From Myxococcota bacterium (lineage in GTDB: Bacteria; Myxococcota_A; UBA796; GCA-2862545), in assembly GCA_040080105.1 (NCBI GenBank), contig JBEBJC010000001.1:1-43489 (forward strand): a DNA stretch of 43,489 bases. The letters run 5' to 3'. Position numbers and translations under genes: made by a program. The notes beneath the pieces are model-generated. The model made no database searches. It had not been told where the DNA came from and saw only the letters and a list, made by a program, of their open reading frames with translations. Shown here in pieces: positions 1 through 10,134 of the stretch (positions are counted from its first letter, which is position 1; the number at the start of each line of letters is the position of its first letter).

Positions 1-1
1 C

Positions 2-244
2 CCCACGGTCGCGCCCGACCCCGCTCCGCCCCGGGTCGAGGTGGTCGAGATCGGGTTCCTCAACGTCACCTCGACCGAGCGCGGCCAGCCGGTGCTGGTC
101 GACGGCGCGCCCGTCGGCGAGACCGCGCTGGTCCGGTACAAGATCCCGGTCGGCAGCCACACCATCCAGGTGCCGGGCTACACTTGTGAGCCGCGGCAGA
201 TCGTCGTCCGCCGCAGCCAAGTCCTGAACGTCACCTGTCGCTGA
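2..244 (+). CDS. PEGA-domain protein, C-terminal fragment (gene starts upstream of the window)
   Basis: This frame is open from the window edge to TGA at 242-244. The tail (VLVDGAPVGETALVRYKIPVGSHTIQVPGY) fits the PEGA-domain pattern. The next gene starts 8 nt downstream. Confidence 0.6.
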   Translation, partial: PTVAPDPAPPRVEVVEIGFLNVTSTERGQPVLVDGAPVGETALVRYKIPVGSHTIQVPGYTCEPRQIVVRRSQVLNVTCR

Positions 245-251
245 GGTCGCC

Positions 252-1133
252 GTGATCCCGCTGCTGTTGTCGTGTGTGGCGCGCGCCGCCCCGTCGCCGG
301 TCGCGGTGGTGGTCAGCGACGAGCTCGAGGCGTACCGCGAGCCCACCGACGCGTTCTTGTCCGCGTTCGGCGGAGCCCCCCGGGTGTACACGCTGCACGG
401 GCGCGCGTCGGAGGCGGCGGCGGTGGTGGCGCAGCTCGCGCGCACCCCGCCCGAGGTGGTCGTGTGCGTCGGCGCGAAGGCCGCGTATGCGGTGAAGAAC
501 GGCCTGCCGGGGACGACCGTGGTGTACGCGTCGGTGCTCGACCCGAAGCGGTACGGGCTCACCGGCGACGACGTGACCGGGGTCACGATGGCGGTCGACC
601 CCGTCACCTACCTGTCGCAGTTCGTAGGCTTCTTCCCCGAGGTTCGGACGATCGGCGTCATCCGCGGCCCCGACACGCCCGACAAGCGCCTGCTCGCGAT
701 GAACGCGGCGGCGGTCGAGGTGGACCGCGACATGTTGATCGCGCGGGCCGAGGCGCCGTCGGACGTGCGACGGCAGATGAACGCCCTCGCGCTGCAGGGC
801 GCCGACGCGGTGTGGCTCCCGCCCGACCGGTCGATCCTCACCACGTTCGGGTACCGCGCGATCGCCGAGGAGGCGCGCCGGCGGCACCTCCCCCTGCTGG
901 TCGACACCGCGAGCATGGTCGAGGCCGGCGGCCTGTTCACCATGACCCCCGATCCGGTCGGGGTGGGCCAGCAGACCGCCGCGCTGGTGCAGGCGATCCT
1001 CGACACCGGCGACGTCCCGCGGCCGCAGGATCCCGAGGTGGTGCAGGTGGTGCTGAACCTGCGCACCATCGAGGCCGCCGAGCTTCCGTTCGATCGGACG
1101 ATGCTCGACTTCGCGGACGTGGTCGTCCGGTAG
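252..1133 (+). CDS. Periplasmic ABC-transporter-type substrate-binding protein (ABC_sub_bind / PF04392-like), orphan
   Basis: GTG start with GAGG 5 nt upstream and a signal-like N-terminus (MIPLLLSCVARA). The layout resembles the PF04392 family (VVVCVGAKAAYAV..., IGVI..., LPLL...GGLF). No permease or ATPase gene is adjacent. Confidence 0.65.
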   Translation: MIPLLLSCVARAAPSPVAVVVSDELEAYREPTDAFLSAFGGAPRVYTLHGRASEAAAVVAQLARTPPEVVVCVGAKAAYAVKNGLPGTTVVYASVLDPKRYGLTGDDVTGVTMAVDPVTYLSQFVGFFPEVRTIGVIRGPDTPDKRLLAMNAAAVEVDRDMLIARAEAPSDVRRQMNALALQGADAVWLPPDRSILTTFGYRAIAEEARRRHLPLLVDTASMVEAGGLFTMTPDPVGVGQQTAALVQAILDTGDVPRPQDPEVVQVVLNLRTIEAAELPFDRTMLDFADVVVR

Positions 1134-1187
1134 CGGCGTTGCCCAGGGGCGCCGCCCACCATAGACCTGGACCCACAGGAGGCAGTC

Positions 1188-2552
1188 ATGGCCGGCGTCG
1201 ACCGTCGCATCCCGATCCGCACCATCCTCGAGCGCGGAGGGGTGGGGAATGCCGTCGTCGCCACCGGGTGGATCCGCACCTCGCGGTTCAGCAAGAACGT
1301 GAGCTTCCTCCACCTGTACGACGGGTCGGGCACCCACACGCTGCAGGTCGTCCTCCCGGCCGACACGAGTGAGGAGCTCCAGCGTGAGCTCGGGGTCGGC
1401 ACCGCGGTGCGGGCGTTCGGCACGCTGGTGGCGTCGCCCGGGGCCGAGCAGCCGTTCGAGCTGAAGGCCGATCGGGTCGAGATCGTGGGCCCGGGAGACC
1501 CGACCACGTTCCCGATCCAGCGCAAGGCGACCACGATGGAGTTCCTGCGCACCGTCGCCCACCTCCGCTCGCGGTCGAACACGCACCAGTCGCTGTTCCG
1601 AGTGCGCAACGCGCTCGCGTGGCAGATCCATCGGTTCTTCCAGGAGCGCGGGTTCCTGTGGGTGCACACCCCGATCCTCACCGGCGCCGACGCCGAGGGC
1701 GCGGGCGAGCTGTTCCCGATCGCGAACGCGCCCGAGTTCTTCGGGCAGCCCGCGTACCTGACCGTGTCGGGCCAGCTCGAGGTCGAGTGCTTCGCGCAGT
1801 CCCACACCGACGTGTACACGTTCGGCCCCACGTTCCGCGCCGAGAACAGCAACACGCCGCGCCACGCGGCGGAGTTCTGGATGATCGAGCCCGAGATGGC
1901 GTTCGCCGACCTGACCGACGTGATCGCGCTGGCGGAGGACTTCGTGCGCGAGGTCACCCTGGCGACGCTCGATCAGTGCGCGAGTGACTTCGCGTTCTTC
2001 GACGCGCGGATCGCGAAGGGCGTGCCCGACCAGGTGCGCGCGACCGTGTCCCAGCCGTTCGCGCGGGTCACGTACCGCGAGGCGCAGGAGATCCTCGCGA
2101 AGTCGGGCCGCACGTTCGAGTACCCGATCGGGTTCGGCAGCTCGATGCAGTCCGAGCACGAGCGGTTCCTGGCCGAGGAGCACTTCAAGGGCCCGGTGTT
2201 CGTGACCGACTACCCGTGGGAGCAGAAGGCGTTCTACATGCGCCGCAACGACGACGGCCTGACGGCCGCCGCCACCGACCTGCTCGTGCCGCGGATCGGC
2301 GAGATGATCGGCGGCTCGCAGCGCGAGGAGCGCCTCGATCACCTCGAGCGTGCGATGACCGCGCGGAACATGAACCCCGAGTCGCTGTGGTGGTACCTCG
2401 ACCTGCGCCGGTTCGGCACCACCCCGCACGGCGGGTTCGGGCTCGGGTTCGAGCGGATGTTGATGTGGCTCACCGGGATGCAGAACATCCGCGACGTGAT
2501 CCCGTTCCCGCGCACGCCCGGCCAGATCCCGCCGGCGCGCACGCGCGAGTAG
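1188..2552 (+). CDS. asnS: Asparagine--tRNA ligase
   Basis: AGGAGG RBS. Class IIb aaRS motifs are present (FGPTFRAENSNTPRHAAEFWMIEPEMAF, GGSQREER, GGFGLGFERM, the PFPRTPG tail). The 454-aa length is typical of AsnRS. Confidence 0.95.
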   Translation: MAGVDRRIPIRTILERGGVGNAVVATGWIRTSRFSKNVSFLHLYDGSGTHTLQVVLPADTSEELQRELGVGTAVRAFGTLVASPGAEQPFELKADRVEIVGPGDPTTFPIQRKATTMEFLRTVAHLRSRSNTHQSLFRVRNALAWQIHRFFQERGFLWVHTPILTGADAEGAGELFPIANAPEFFGQPAYLTVSGQLEVECFAQSHTDVYTFGPTFRAENSNTPRHAAEFWMIEPEMAFADLTDVIALAEDFVREVTLATLDQCASDFAFFDARIAKGVPDQVRATVSQPFARVTYREAQEILAKSGRTFEYPIGFGSSMQSEHERFLAEEHFKGPVFVTDYPWEQKAFYMRRNDDGLTAAATDLLVPRIGEMIGGSQREERLDHLERAMTARNMNPESLWWYLDLRRFGTTPHGGFGLGFERMLMWLTGMQNIRDVIPFPRTPGQIPPARTRE

Positions 2553-2557
2553 GGGGA

Positions 2558-2585
2558 GCGAGGGGGGCGCCGGCGCCCTCCTCGC
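2558..2585. terminator. GC-rich palindromic hairpin between convergent asnS and peptidase genes (possible bidirectional terminator)
   Basis: gcgaggggggcgcc/ggcgccctcctcgc pairs over about 14 positions with one G-U pair. There is no clear U-tract. Confidence 0.35.
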
Positions 2586-2597
2586 CCGGGTCGGGTC

Positions 2598-4163
2598 CTA
2601 CGTGGGGTTGCGCCCGAACGCCGGCGCGGCCGCGGTGTCACCCGTGGTGCCCGTGGTGCCCGTGGTGCCCGTGGTGCCCGCCCCGGTGTCGCCGGTGTCG
2701 CCGCCCCCGACCAGCCCGTCGGTGCAGCGGGAGACCGCGTCCGTCGGACACGCCGACTGGAGCAGCCACTCGTCGACCAGCACGTCGATCGCGGCGTCGT
2801 TGCCGGGCGCGCTCGCCTTCAGCTGCGCGATCATCTCGTCCATCGACGCGGCCTGGTTCACGTTCGCGGCGTAGAACGTCGAGAGCGCGTCGTCGACCAC
2901 GTCGGCGCCGACCAGATCGGCGACCTCCTCGTAGAAGCAGGCGCCCTTGACGTACGGGATCCCGGTGAAGTTCACCAGCGGGTCCCACAGGATCGGGTCA
3001 CAGGTCTGCGGCCACGCCACCGCGTTTCCGTAGTACGGGTACGCGTCGTCGCTGCAGATGAACCCGAGCCAATCGCCGTAGTACTCCCACTCGCTCGGCC
3101 CGCCGACCGTCTCGAGCGCGTGGATCGACATGTAGGTGACCGTGCCTTCGGACAACACGAAGTCTTCCCAGCACTCGAGCCGGATCCCGTCGCCGAACCA
3201 GCCGTGGCCGGCCTCGTGCGCGTGGGTCAGCTCGTCGCCCATCGAGAACTGCCCGATGTGCCAGTACGGGTGGTGCTCCATCCCACCGTACGCGCCCGGG
3301 CCCCAGTCGGCCGACACGCTCGCGACCTTGGCGCCGAACGTGTACGGGCCGTAGTTCTGCTCGTAGAACTCGAACACGTCGAGCAGGTGGGCGGTGCCGG
3401 TCTGGGTCTCGACCTCGTCGTCGACCCCCGACAGGTAGTACGCCGACACCTCGGTGCCGCTGGTGGTCACCCCGAGCGGCAGCTCGGTGTAGTCCCCGAT
3501 CGCCATCCCGATCTGGTACGACGGCGCCTCGGCCGGGATCGACTCCGGATACACCGCGACCGAGCCCGACGGGACGCCGGTGAGGCCCATCGTGAACGTG
3601 AGGCCGTCGGACGGGAGCGAGTGGCACGGGAACAGGTTGCCGCAGAAGTACGGCCACAGGAACGACACCTGCTCGGTGCCCATGTACCCGTCGAACGTGC
3701 CGGTGTGGTCGGAGAACCCGTACGACACCACCAGCTCGGACTCGGTCGCGCTCGCGGGCACGCCCACGTCCAGCACGCCGGCGTTCGCGAGGTAGTTCAG
3801 CGGACCCGAGGGGCCGGTGACCGAGGTGATCGCGAGGTCGCCGATCTCGAACGACGCGCCGGTCGAGGTGGTCGACCCGGCGAGCACGATCGTCGCCACG
3901 CCGGTGTACGCGGTCACGTCGAGCTGCAGGTCGGTGCTCAGGATGTCCCGGGTCCAGTCCGAGCTCGCGGGCGGGTTGCCCGTGCCCGTGTCGGTGTCGG
4001 TGTCGGCGTCCGTGTCGGAGTCGGCGTCCGCGTCCGAGTCCGCGTCGGTGTCGATGTCGGTGTCGACATCGGTGTCCTGCTCGGTGGTCCCGGTGTCGGT
4101 GTCGGTCTTCTCTCCGTTACACCCAGCCAACAACGCGATCAGACCCAGCGTCCAGCGATTCAT
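2598..4163 (-). CDS. Lipoprotein, M1-family (gluzincin) zinc metallopeptidase with Asp/Thr-rich linker and Gly/Thr repeat tail
   Basis: Lipobox LLAGC at residues 11-15. A GGMEH motif (GxMEN-like) is followed by HEAGH-X18-E (HEAGHGWFGDGIRLECWEDFVLSE). GGGGAG RBS. Confidence 0.85.
   Translation of the reverse strand: MNRWTLGLIALLAGCNGEKTDTDTGTTEQDTDVDTDIDTDADSDADADSDTDADTDTDTGTGNPPASSDWTRDILSTDLQLDVTAYTGVATIVLAGSTTSTGASFEIGDLAITSVTGPSGPLNYLANAGVLDVGVPASATESELVVSYGFSDHTGTFDGYMGTEQVSFLWPYFCGNLFPCHSLPSDGLTFTMGLTGVPSGSVAVYPESIPAEAPSYQIGMAIGDYTELPLGVTTSGTEVSAYYLSGVDDEVETQTGTAHLLDVFEFYEQNYGPYTFGAKVASVSADWGPGAYGGMEHHPYWHIGQFSMGDELTHAHEAGHGWFGDGIRLECWEDFVLSEGTVTYMSIHALETVGGPSEWEYYGDWLGFICSDDAYPYYGNAVAWPQTCDPILWDPLVNFTGIPYVKGACFYEEVADLVGADVVDDALSTFYAANVNQAASMDEMIAQLKASAPGNDAAIDVLVDEWLLQSACPTDAVSRCTDGLVGGGDTGDTGAGTTGTTGTTGTTGDTAAAPAFGRNPT
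2641..2680. repeat. 9-bp tandem repeat (cccgtggtg x about 4.4) inside the peptidase gene, followed by 2 copies of ggtgtcgcc
   Basis: Read directly from the sequence. It is in frame and encodes (GTT)4 near the C-terminus of the minus-strand M1 peptidase. Confidence 0.9.
3978..4106. repeat. Low-complexity GTC/GGT-rich tract encoding an Asp/Thr/Ser/Ala-rich linker
   Basis: It encodes TDTDTGTTEQDTDVDTDIDTDADSDADADSDTDADTDTDTGTG immediately after the lipobox Cys of the M1 peptidase. Confidence 0.9.
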
Positions 4164-4296
4164 GTCTCCCCCAATTGCTGCTTACGGCAGGCCGCAGCCC
4201 GCGCGCCCGGAAGTAACCTCAACTTCGGCAGGACGCGATCGTGCGCGCGAACGCGGCGAAGGCTAAGGGGCGCCGAGTCGAGCTCGGAGGGGTGTC

Positions 4297-5979
<1,683 letters not shown>

Positions 5980-6026
5980 AACGATCTCCGCCGCCGCCAG
6001 ACAGGGGCGGCCGGAGGGATCGACCC

Positions 6027-6632
6027 ATGAAGTTGTACGTCAACCGCCGCTCGCCGAACTGCCACCGGGCGCTGATCACCGCCCGCCTCGTGGGGTTGCC
6101 GATCGAGATCGTCGATCTCGACATGGGCAACAAGGCCCACCTCGAGCCGTGGTACCTGGCGATCAACCCGAACCACAAGGTCCCGGCGCTGCAGGACGGC
6201 GCGTTCTCCTTGTGGGAGTCGAACGCGATCTCGATCTACCTCGCGAACAAGGCCGAGCGGCGCGACCTGTGGCCGACCGACGCTGCGGCGCAGGCCGACG
6301 TGGCGCGGTGGATGATGTGGACCCACACCCACTGGAACCTGGCGCTCGGCCCGATCGTGTTCGAGCGCGTGTTCAAGAAGGCGTTCGGGATGGGCGAGCC
6401 CGACGAGTCGGTGGTCGCCGGCAAGATGGGGGAGTGGCACGACGTGGCGCGGCTCGTCGACGCGCACCTCGAAGGCAAGGAGTGGCTCGCCACCGGCCAG
6501 CTCACCCTGGCGGACGTGTCGCTCGGCGCGAGCTTGATGTACGCCGAGCCCGCCGCGATCCCGTTCGAAGGCCACCCGCGGCTCGCCGCGTGGTTCGCCC
6601 GGGTCAGCGCGCTGCCGGCGTGGCAGTCTTGA
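6027..6632 (+). CDS. Glutathione S-transferase family protein
   Basis: ATG at 6027 with GGAGGG upstream. The thioredoxin-like N-domain (KVPALQDG...LWESNAISIYL) and helical C-domain are typical of GSTs. The supplied ORF 4824..6632 is an artefactual upstream extension. Confidence 0.85.
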   Translation: MKLYVNRRSPNCHRALITARLVGLPIEIVDLDMGNKAHLEPWYLAINPNHKVPALQDGAFSLWESNAISIYLANKAERRDLWPTDAAAQADVARWMMWTHTHWNLALGPIVFERVFKKAFGMGEPDESVVAGKMGEWHDVARLVDAHLEGKEWLATGQLTLADVSLGASLMYAEPAAIPFEGHPRLAAWFARVSALPAWQS

Positions 6633-6650
6633 TTCCCTAAGGAGGCTCGA

Positions 6651-7376
6651 ATGTGGCGTTGGGGATGGCTCGCCGGCTGTGCGGGCAAGACCGGGGCGGG
6701 CACCGACTCTCCGCCACCGTTCGAACCTCCGGGCGCGGGGGAGATCACGCTGACCGCGCGTGACGGCACCCCGCTCGTGGCCGACTACTACCCGCAGGAC
6801 CGCGCCGGCGCGCCCGGGTTGGTCCTGCTGCACATGATCCCGCCCACCTGGGACCGGACCAGCTGGCCCGCCCCGTTCGTGGAGCGGATGTACGGGCTCG
6901 GGTTCTCGGTGGTCGCGCTCGACCGCCGCGGCGCCGGCGAGTCGGGCGGTGACGCCGAGGACGCGTACCTCGGCCCCGACGGTCGCACCGACGTGGAGGC
7001 GGCGGTGTTGCGGTTGGTGGCCGACGGATACGGCCCGATCGCGCTGATCGGAGCGTCGAACGGGACGACCTCGATGCTGGACTATGCCCTGTGGGCGGAG
7101 GGGGAAGGGCTGCCCGTCCCGGTCGCGCTCGGGTTCATGACCGGCGGCACCTACACCGAGAACAACCACCCGATGGCCGAGCTGGGGCCGATCCCGGCGG
7201 TGTTCACCTACTCGACCGCCGAGCGCGACTGGTCGGTCGCACAGCGGGCCATCGACCCGGGCCAGTGGGTGTTCCACGAGTACCCGAACGGCGACCACGG
7301 CACGTTGATGTTCGCCGCCGAGCCGTCGGTGACCGACGACCTGGCGTCGTTCTTCACCCCGTTCGCCGCGCGCTGA
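6651..7376 (+). CDS. Lipoprotein, alpha/beta-hydrolase fold
   Basis: AGGAGG RBS and lipobox LAGC. Nucleophile elbow GASNG (GxSxG). An HG-type motif near the oxyanion position (LLHM) and a late GDHG His are also present. Confidence 0.7.
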   Translation: MWRWGWLAGCAGKTGAGTDSPPPFEPPGAGEITLTARDGTPLVADYYPQDRAGAPGLVLLHMIPPTWDRTSWPAPFVERMYGLGFSVVALDRRGAGESGGDAEDAYLGPDGRTDVEAAVLRLVADGYGPIALIGASNGTTSMLDYALWAEGEGLPVPVALGFMTGGTYTENNHPMAELGPIPAVFTYSTAERDWSVAQRAIDPGQWVFHEYPNGDHGTLMFAAEPSVTDDLASFFTPFAAR

Positions 7377-7440
7377 CCTCTCGGTCGTCCGACTCCGTCT
7401 CGCGGGATCGGGTGCGGAATCCCACAGGGGGCCTGTGCGA

Positions 7441-7872
7441 TCAGGCGCTGTGCCGGAGCACGATCACCGGGATGGTGGCCAACCGGACCACCCGCTCGGC
7501 GACCGAGCCCAGCAGCGCGTGTGACAGACCCTTGCGCCCGTGGGTGCAGATCATCACCAGGTCCTTGCCCTTCGCGGCCGCGACGATCTCGTCGGCAGCC
7601 CGCCCGGTGAGCACCGAGGCCTCTCCGCGCATCGCCTCCGGCAGGGTGTCGAGCAACGCCCGGAGCTTGTGGTGCTGTTGCTCGCGGATCCGGGTCCACT
7701 CACGATCCAGAACGGTGCGGACCGCTGGATCCTGCACGAGGTACACGTTGTACGCGTGCTCGTCGACGTACAGCAGGTCGAGCGTCGCCCCGAGCCGGCC
7801 CGCCCAGCTCGCGGCCTCGCGCACGAGCTCCTCGGCGCCCTCGTTCACATCGACCGCGAGCAACATCCGCAT
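7441..7872 (-). CDS. Universal stress protein (UspA family)
   Basis: Start chosen at MRMLLAVD (GGAGGG RBS 3 nt upstream) rather than ORF-track 7896. The USP C-terminal ATP-binding motif is present (HGRKGLSHALLGSVAERV). Confidence 0.85.
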   Translation of the reverse strand: MRMLLAVDVNEGAEELVREAASWAGRLGATLDLLYVDEHAYNVYLVQDPAVRTVLDREWTRIREQQHHKLRALLDTLPEAMRGEASVLTGRAADEIVAAAKGKDLVMICTHGRKGLSHALLGSVAERVVRLATIPVIVLRHSA

Positions 7873-7941
7873 GTACCCTCCTCGTCCGGCAGGCATGCAA
7901 GCCGTGCCAACCCGCGCTGCGCCAACGGATTACGCTCGCAC

Positions 7942-9429
7942 ATGAACCCGGAACTGTCCGAGCTCGCGTCGTATGTCGGCCTGGGGCGCACGGACCGCCG
8001 CCTCCTCGCCGCGCTGTGGCCGGTGGTCGAACCCCACGTCCCCCGGATCCTCGACCACTTCTACGAGACCGCCCAGCGGTTCGACGGCACCCGCCGGGTG
8101 CTGCACGACCCGGCCCAGGTCGCGCGGCTCAAGGTCACGCTGGGCGTGTGGCTGCAGGAGCTGCTGTGTGGCCCCCACGACGCGGCGTACCGCGAGCGGC
8201 GGCTGCGGGTGGGGCGCCGCCACGTGGAGGTCGGGCTCGACAGCTCGTACATGTACACGGCGTCGCAGGTGATCGCCGACGACCTGGCGGCGATCGCGGC
8301 GGAGGCACTGCCACCGGCCGAAGCAGCGGCGACGATGGCCGCGGTGCACCGCGGGCTCACGGTCGATCTGGCGCTGATGACGTCGAGCTTCGTCGAGAGC
8401 CGCGAGCGACGGACCGCGCTCGAGCTGCAGGAGCTGTTGGTCCAGCAGCTCCGGATCACCGTGTTGCTCGCCGATCGGGACGGCCGGGTGTCGGTCGCGA
8501 CCCGCGGGACCCTCGACGTGTTCGGCGCGGAGGTGGTGGGCCAGGCGTGGGAGCGCGTGGTCCCCGAGGTGCTCCGGAAGGCCGCGCAGCTCGACCAGCA
8601 CGTGCAGCGGGCGCTGGCCGAGGGGGTGGACACCACGGTCCCGCGGGTCGACGTGACGATCGGCGGGACGGAGCGCCACTTCTCGGTCACGGTGGTCCCG
8701 TTGTCGCACCCGGCGGCGGCGTTCCTGCTCCAGATCGAGGATCTCACCGAGGCGGTGTCGCTCGAGGGTCGGCTGCGCCGGACCGAGACGCTCGCCAAGC
8801 TCGGCGCGCTGTCGGCCGCGGTGGCGCACGAGCTGCGCAACCCGCTCGCCGGGATCTCGGGCGCGCTGCAGGTGATCAGCCGCTCGATCCCACCGTCGGC
8901 GCCGTACGCGCCGATCATGGTCAAGATCGACGCCGAGATCCGCCGGCTCGATCGGCTGGTGTCCGATCTGCTGGTGTTCGCGCGCCCCACCACCGTCCAG
9001 CTCGAGCCGCTGGACCTCGGGGGGGCGGTGCGCCGGACCCTCGATCTGGTCCGGGCCGAGCACCCGAAATTCTCGATCACCGCCCGCGGCTCGGGCCGAG
9101 CCTCGGCGGACGCCGACCTGGTGCACCAGATCTTGTTGAACCTCGTGCAGAACGCGATCCACGCGGTGCAGGAAGGCGCCGCTCCGGGCCGGGTCGAGCT
9201 CGCGATCGAAGACGGCGCGATCGCGGTGTCCGACACCGGGCCCGGCGTGCCCGACGACGTTCTGCCCCACGTGTTCGAGCCGTTCTTCACCACCAAGACC
9301 CGCGGCACCGGCCTGGGCTTGTCGGTGTGCCAGCGGTTCGCCGAGGGGATGGGCGGCGCGGTCGAGCTGTCGCCTCGGGGCCCGCTCGGTGGGGCAACGT
9401 TCACCCTCCGCCTGCAAACACCGGGATAA
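7942..9429 (+). CDS. Soluble globin-coupled sensor histidine kinase (protoglobin/GCS domain - PAS-like - HisKA - HATPase_c)
   Basis: ATG at 7942. The N-terminal about 150 aa is GCS-globin-like (HFYETA..., candidate proximal His in VGRRHVEVGL). H-box HELRNPL, N-box LLNLVQNAIHA, G1 DTGPGV, F FEPFFTTK, G2 GTGLGLSV. No TM segment. Confidence 0.85.
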   Translation: MNPELSELASYVGLGRTDRRLLAALWPVVEPHVPRILDHFYETAQRFDGTRRVLHDPAQVARLKVTLGVWLQELLCGPHDAAYRERRLRVGRRHVEVGLDSSYMYTASQVIADDLAAIAAEALPPAEAAATMAAVHRGLTVDLALMTSSFVESRERRTALELQELLVQQLRITVLLADRDGRVSVATRGTLDVFGAEVVGQAWERVVPEVLRKAAQLDQHVQRALAEGVDTTVPRVDVTIGGTERHFSVTVVPLSHPAAAFLLQIEDLTEAVSLEGRLRRTETLAKLGALSAAVAHELRNPLAGISGALQVISRSIPPSAPYAPIMVKIDAEIRRLDRLVSDLLVFARPTTVQLEPLDLGGAVRRTLDLVRAEHPKFSITARGSGRASADADLVHQILLNLVQNAIHAVQEGAAPGRVELAIEDGAIAVSDTGPGVPDDVLPHVFEPFFTTKTRGTGLGLSVCQRFAEGMGGAVELSPRGPLGGATFTLRLQTPG

Positions 9430-9471
9430 GGAGCCGGCGCGGCTCTTGCATGAGCGGCGGGGGGAGGTCCG

Positions 9472-10134
9472 ATGATCTGGGCTTGGGTGGTGACGACCGC
9501 GAGCGCCGAGCCAGCGCCGCCGGTGGTCAGTCAGATGCACGCGCGGTTCGCCGCGCTGACCACCGCCCGCGACGCGGTGATCCAAGGCAAGCTCGCCGAC
9601 GCGAAGGCGGCGGTCGGCCCCCTCACCTCGCCCGACCCGATCGACACGTTCCCGGCGGCGTGGAAGCCGTGGCTCACCAAGGTCGAGCTCGAGGCGAAGG
9701 GGTTGGCGGGGGCGCCCGATCTGGCGGCGGCGAGCGTGGCGGTGGCCCGGGTCGCGGCGGCGTGCGCCGAGTGCCACGACGCCAACGACGGAGGACCGCG
9801 GGTCGCGGCGGCGCGGGACGTCCCGACGCAGAAGTGGAGCTCCACCGACAACATGCCGCTGCATCGGTGGGCGAGCGACTGGATGTGGACGGGGCTACTG
9901 GCGAACGACGACGATGCGTGGAACCGCGGCGCGGCCGAGCTCGACAACCAGCCGCTCGCGCTCAGGTTCGACAAGGCCCCTCCCACTACGGGCCAGCGCG
10001 AGCTCGAGCAGCTGGTGTACGTGATCGCCAACAAGGCGCTCGAGACCGACGCCGGGGCCGAGCGGGCCAGCCTGTACGGGAGCCTGCTGGGCACCTGCAC
10101 CCAGTGCCACCTCCAGCGCGGGGTGAAGCCATGA
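9472..10134 (+). CDS. Secreted di-heme c-type cytochrome, two tandem class-II (cytochrome c-prime/b562-like) halves
   Basis: GGGAGG RBS and a short signal-like N-terminus. There are two CxxCH motifs: CAECH (nt 9763-9777) at the end of the first ~110 aa and CTQCH (nt 10096-10110) 8 aa from the C-terminus. Both halves look helix-rich and Ala-rich. Confidence 0.65.
   Translation: MIWAWVVTTASAEPAPPVVSQMHARFAALTTARDAVIQGKLADAKAAVGPLTSPDPIDTFPAAWKPWLTKVELEAKGLAGAPDLAAASVAVARVAAACAECHDANDGGPRVAAARDVPTQKWSSTDNMPLHRWASDWMWTGLLANDDDAWNRGAAELDNQPLALRFDKAPPTTGQRELEQLVYVIANKALETDAGAERASLYGSLLGTCTQCHLQRGVKP

Noticed and set aside
231-2429. Very long antisense ORFs in the supplied track (231..2429-, 18889..21255-, 21814..24231+, 27923..31294-, 35165..38806-, 40497..42392-, 7930..9864-, 8016..10838+ upstream part)
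   Set aside because: They lie opposite genes with clear family signatures, and several span more than one of those genes. Their translations are Arg/Pro/Gly/His-rich with no motifs. Stop-poor antisense frames are expected at this GC content.
3978-4106. Repetitive GTCGGTGTC-type tract considered as a CRISPR-like or satellite repeat
   Set aside because: It has no spacer/repeat periodicity. It is in-frame coding low complexity (an Asp/Thr linker) within the peptidase gene.
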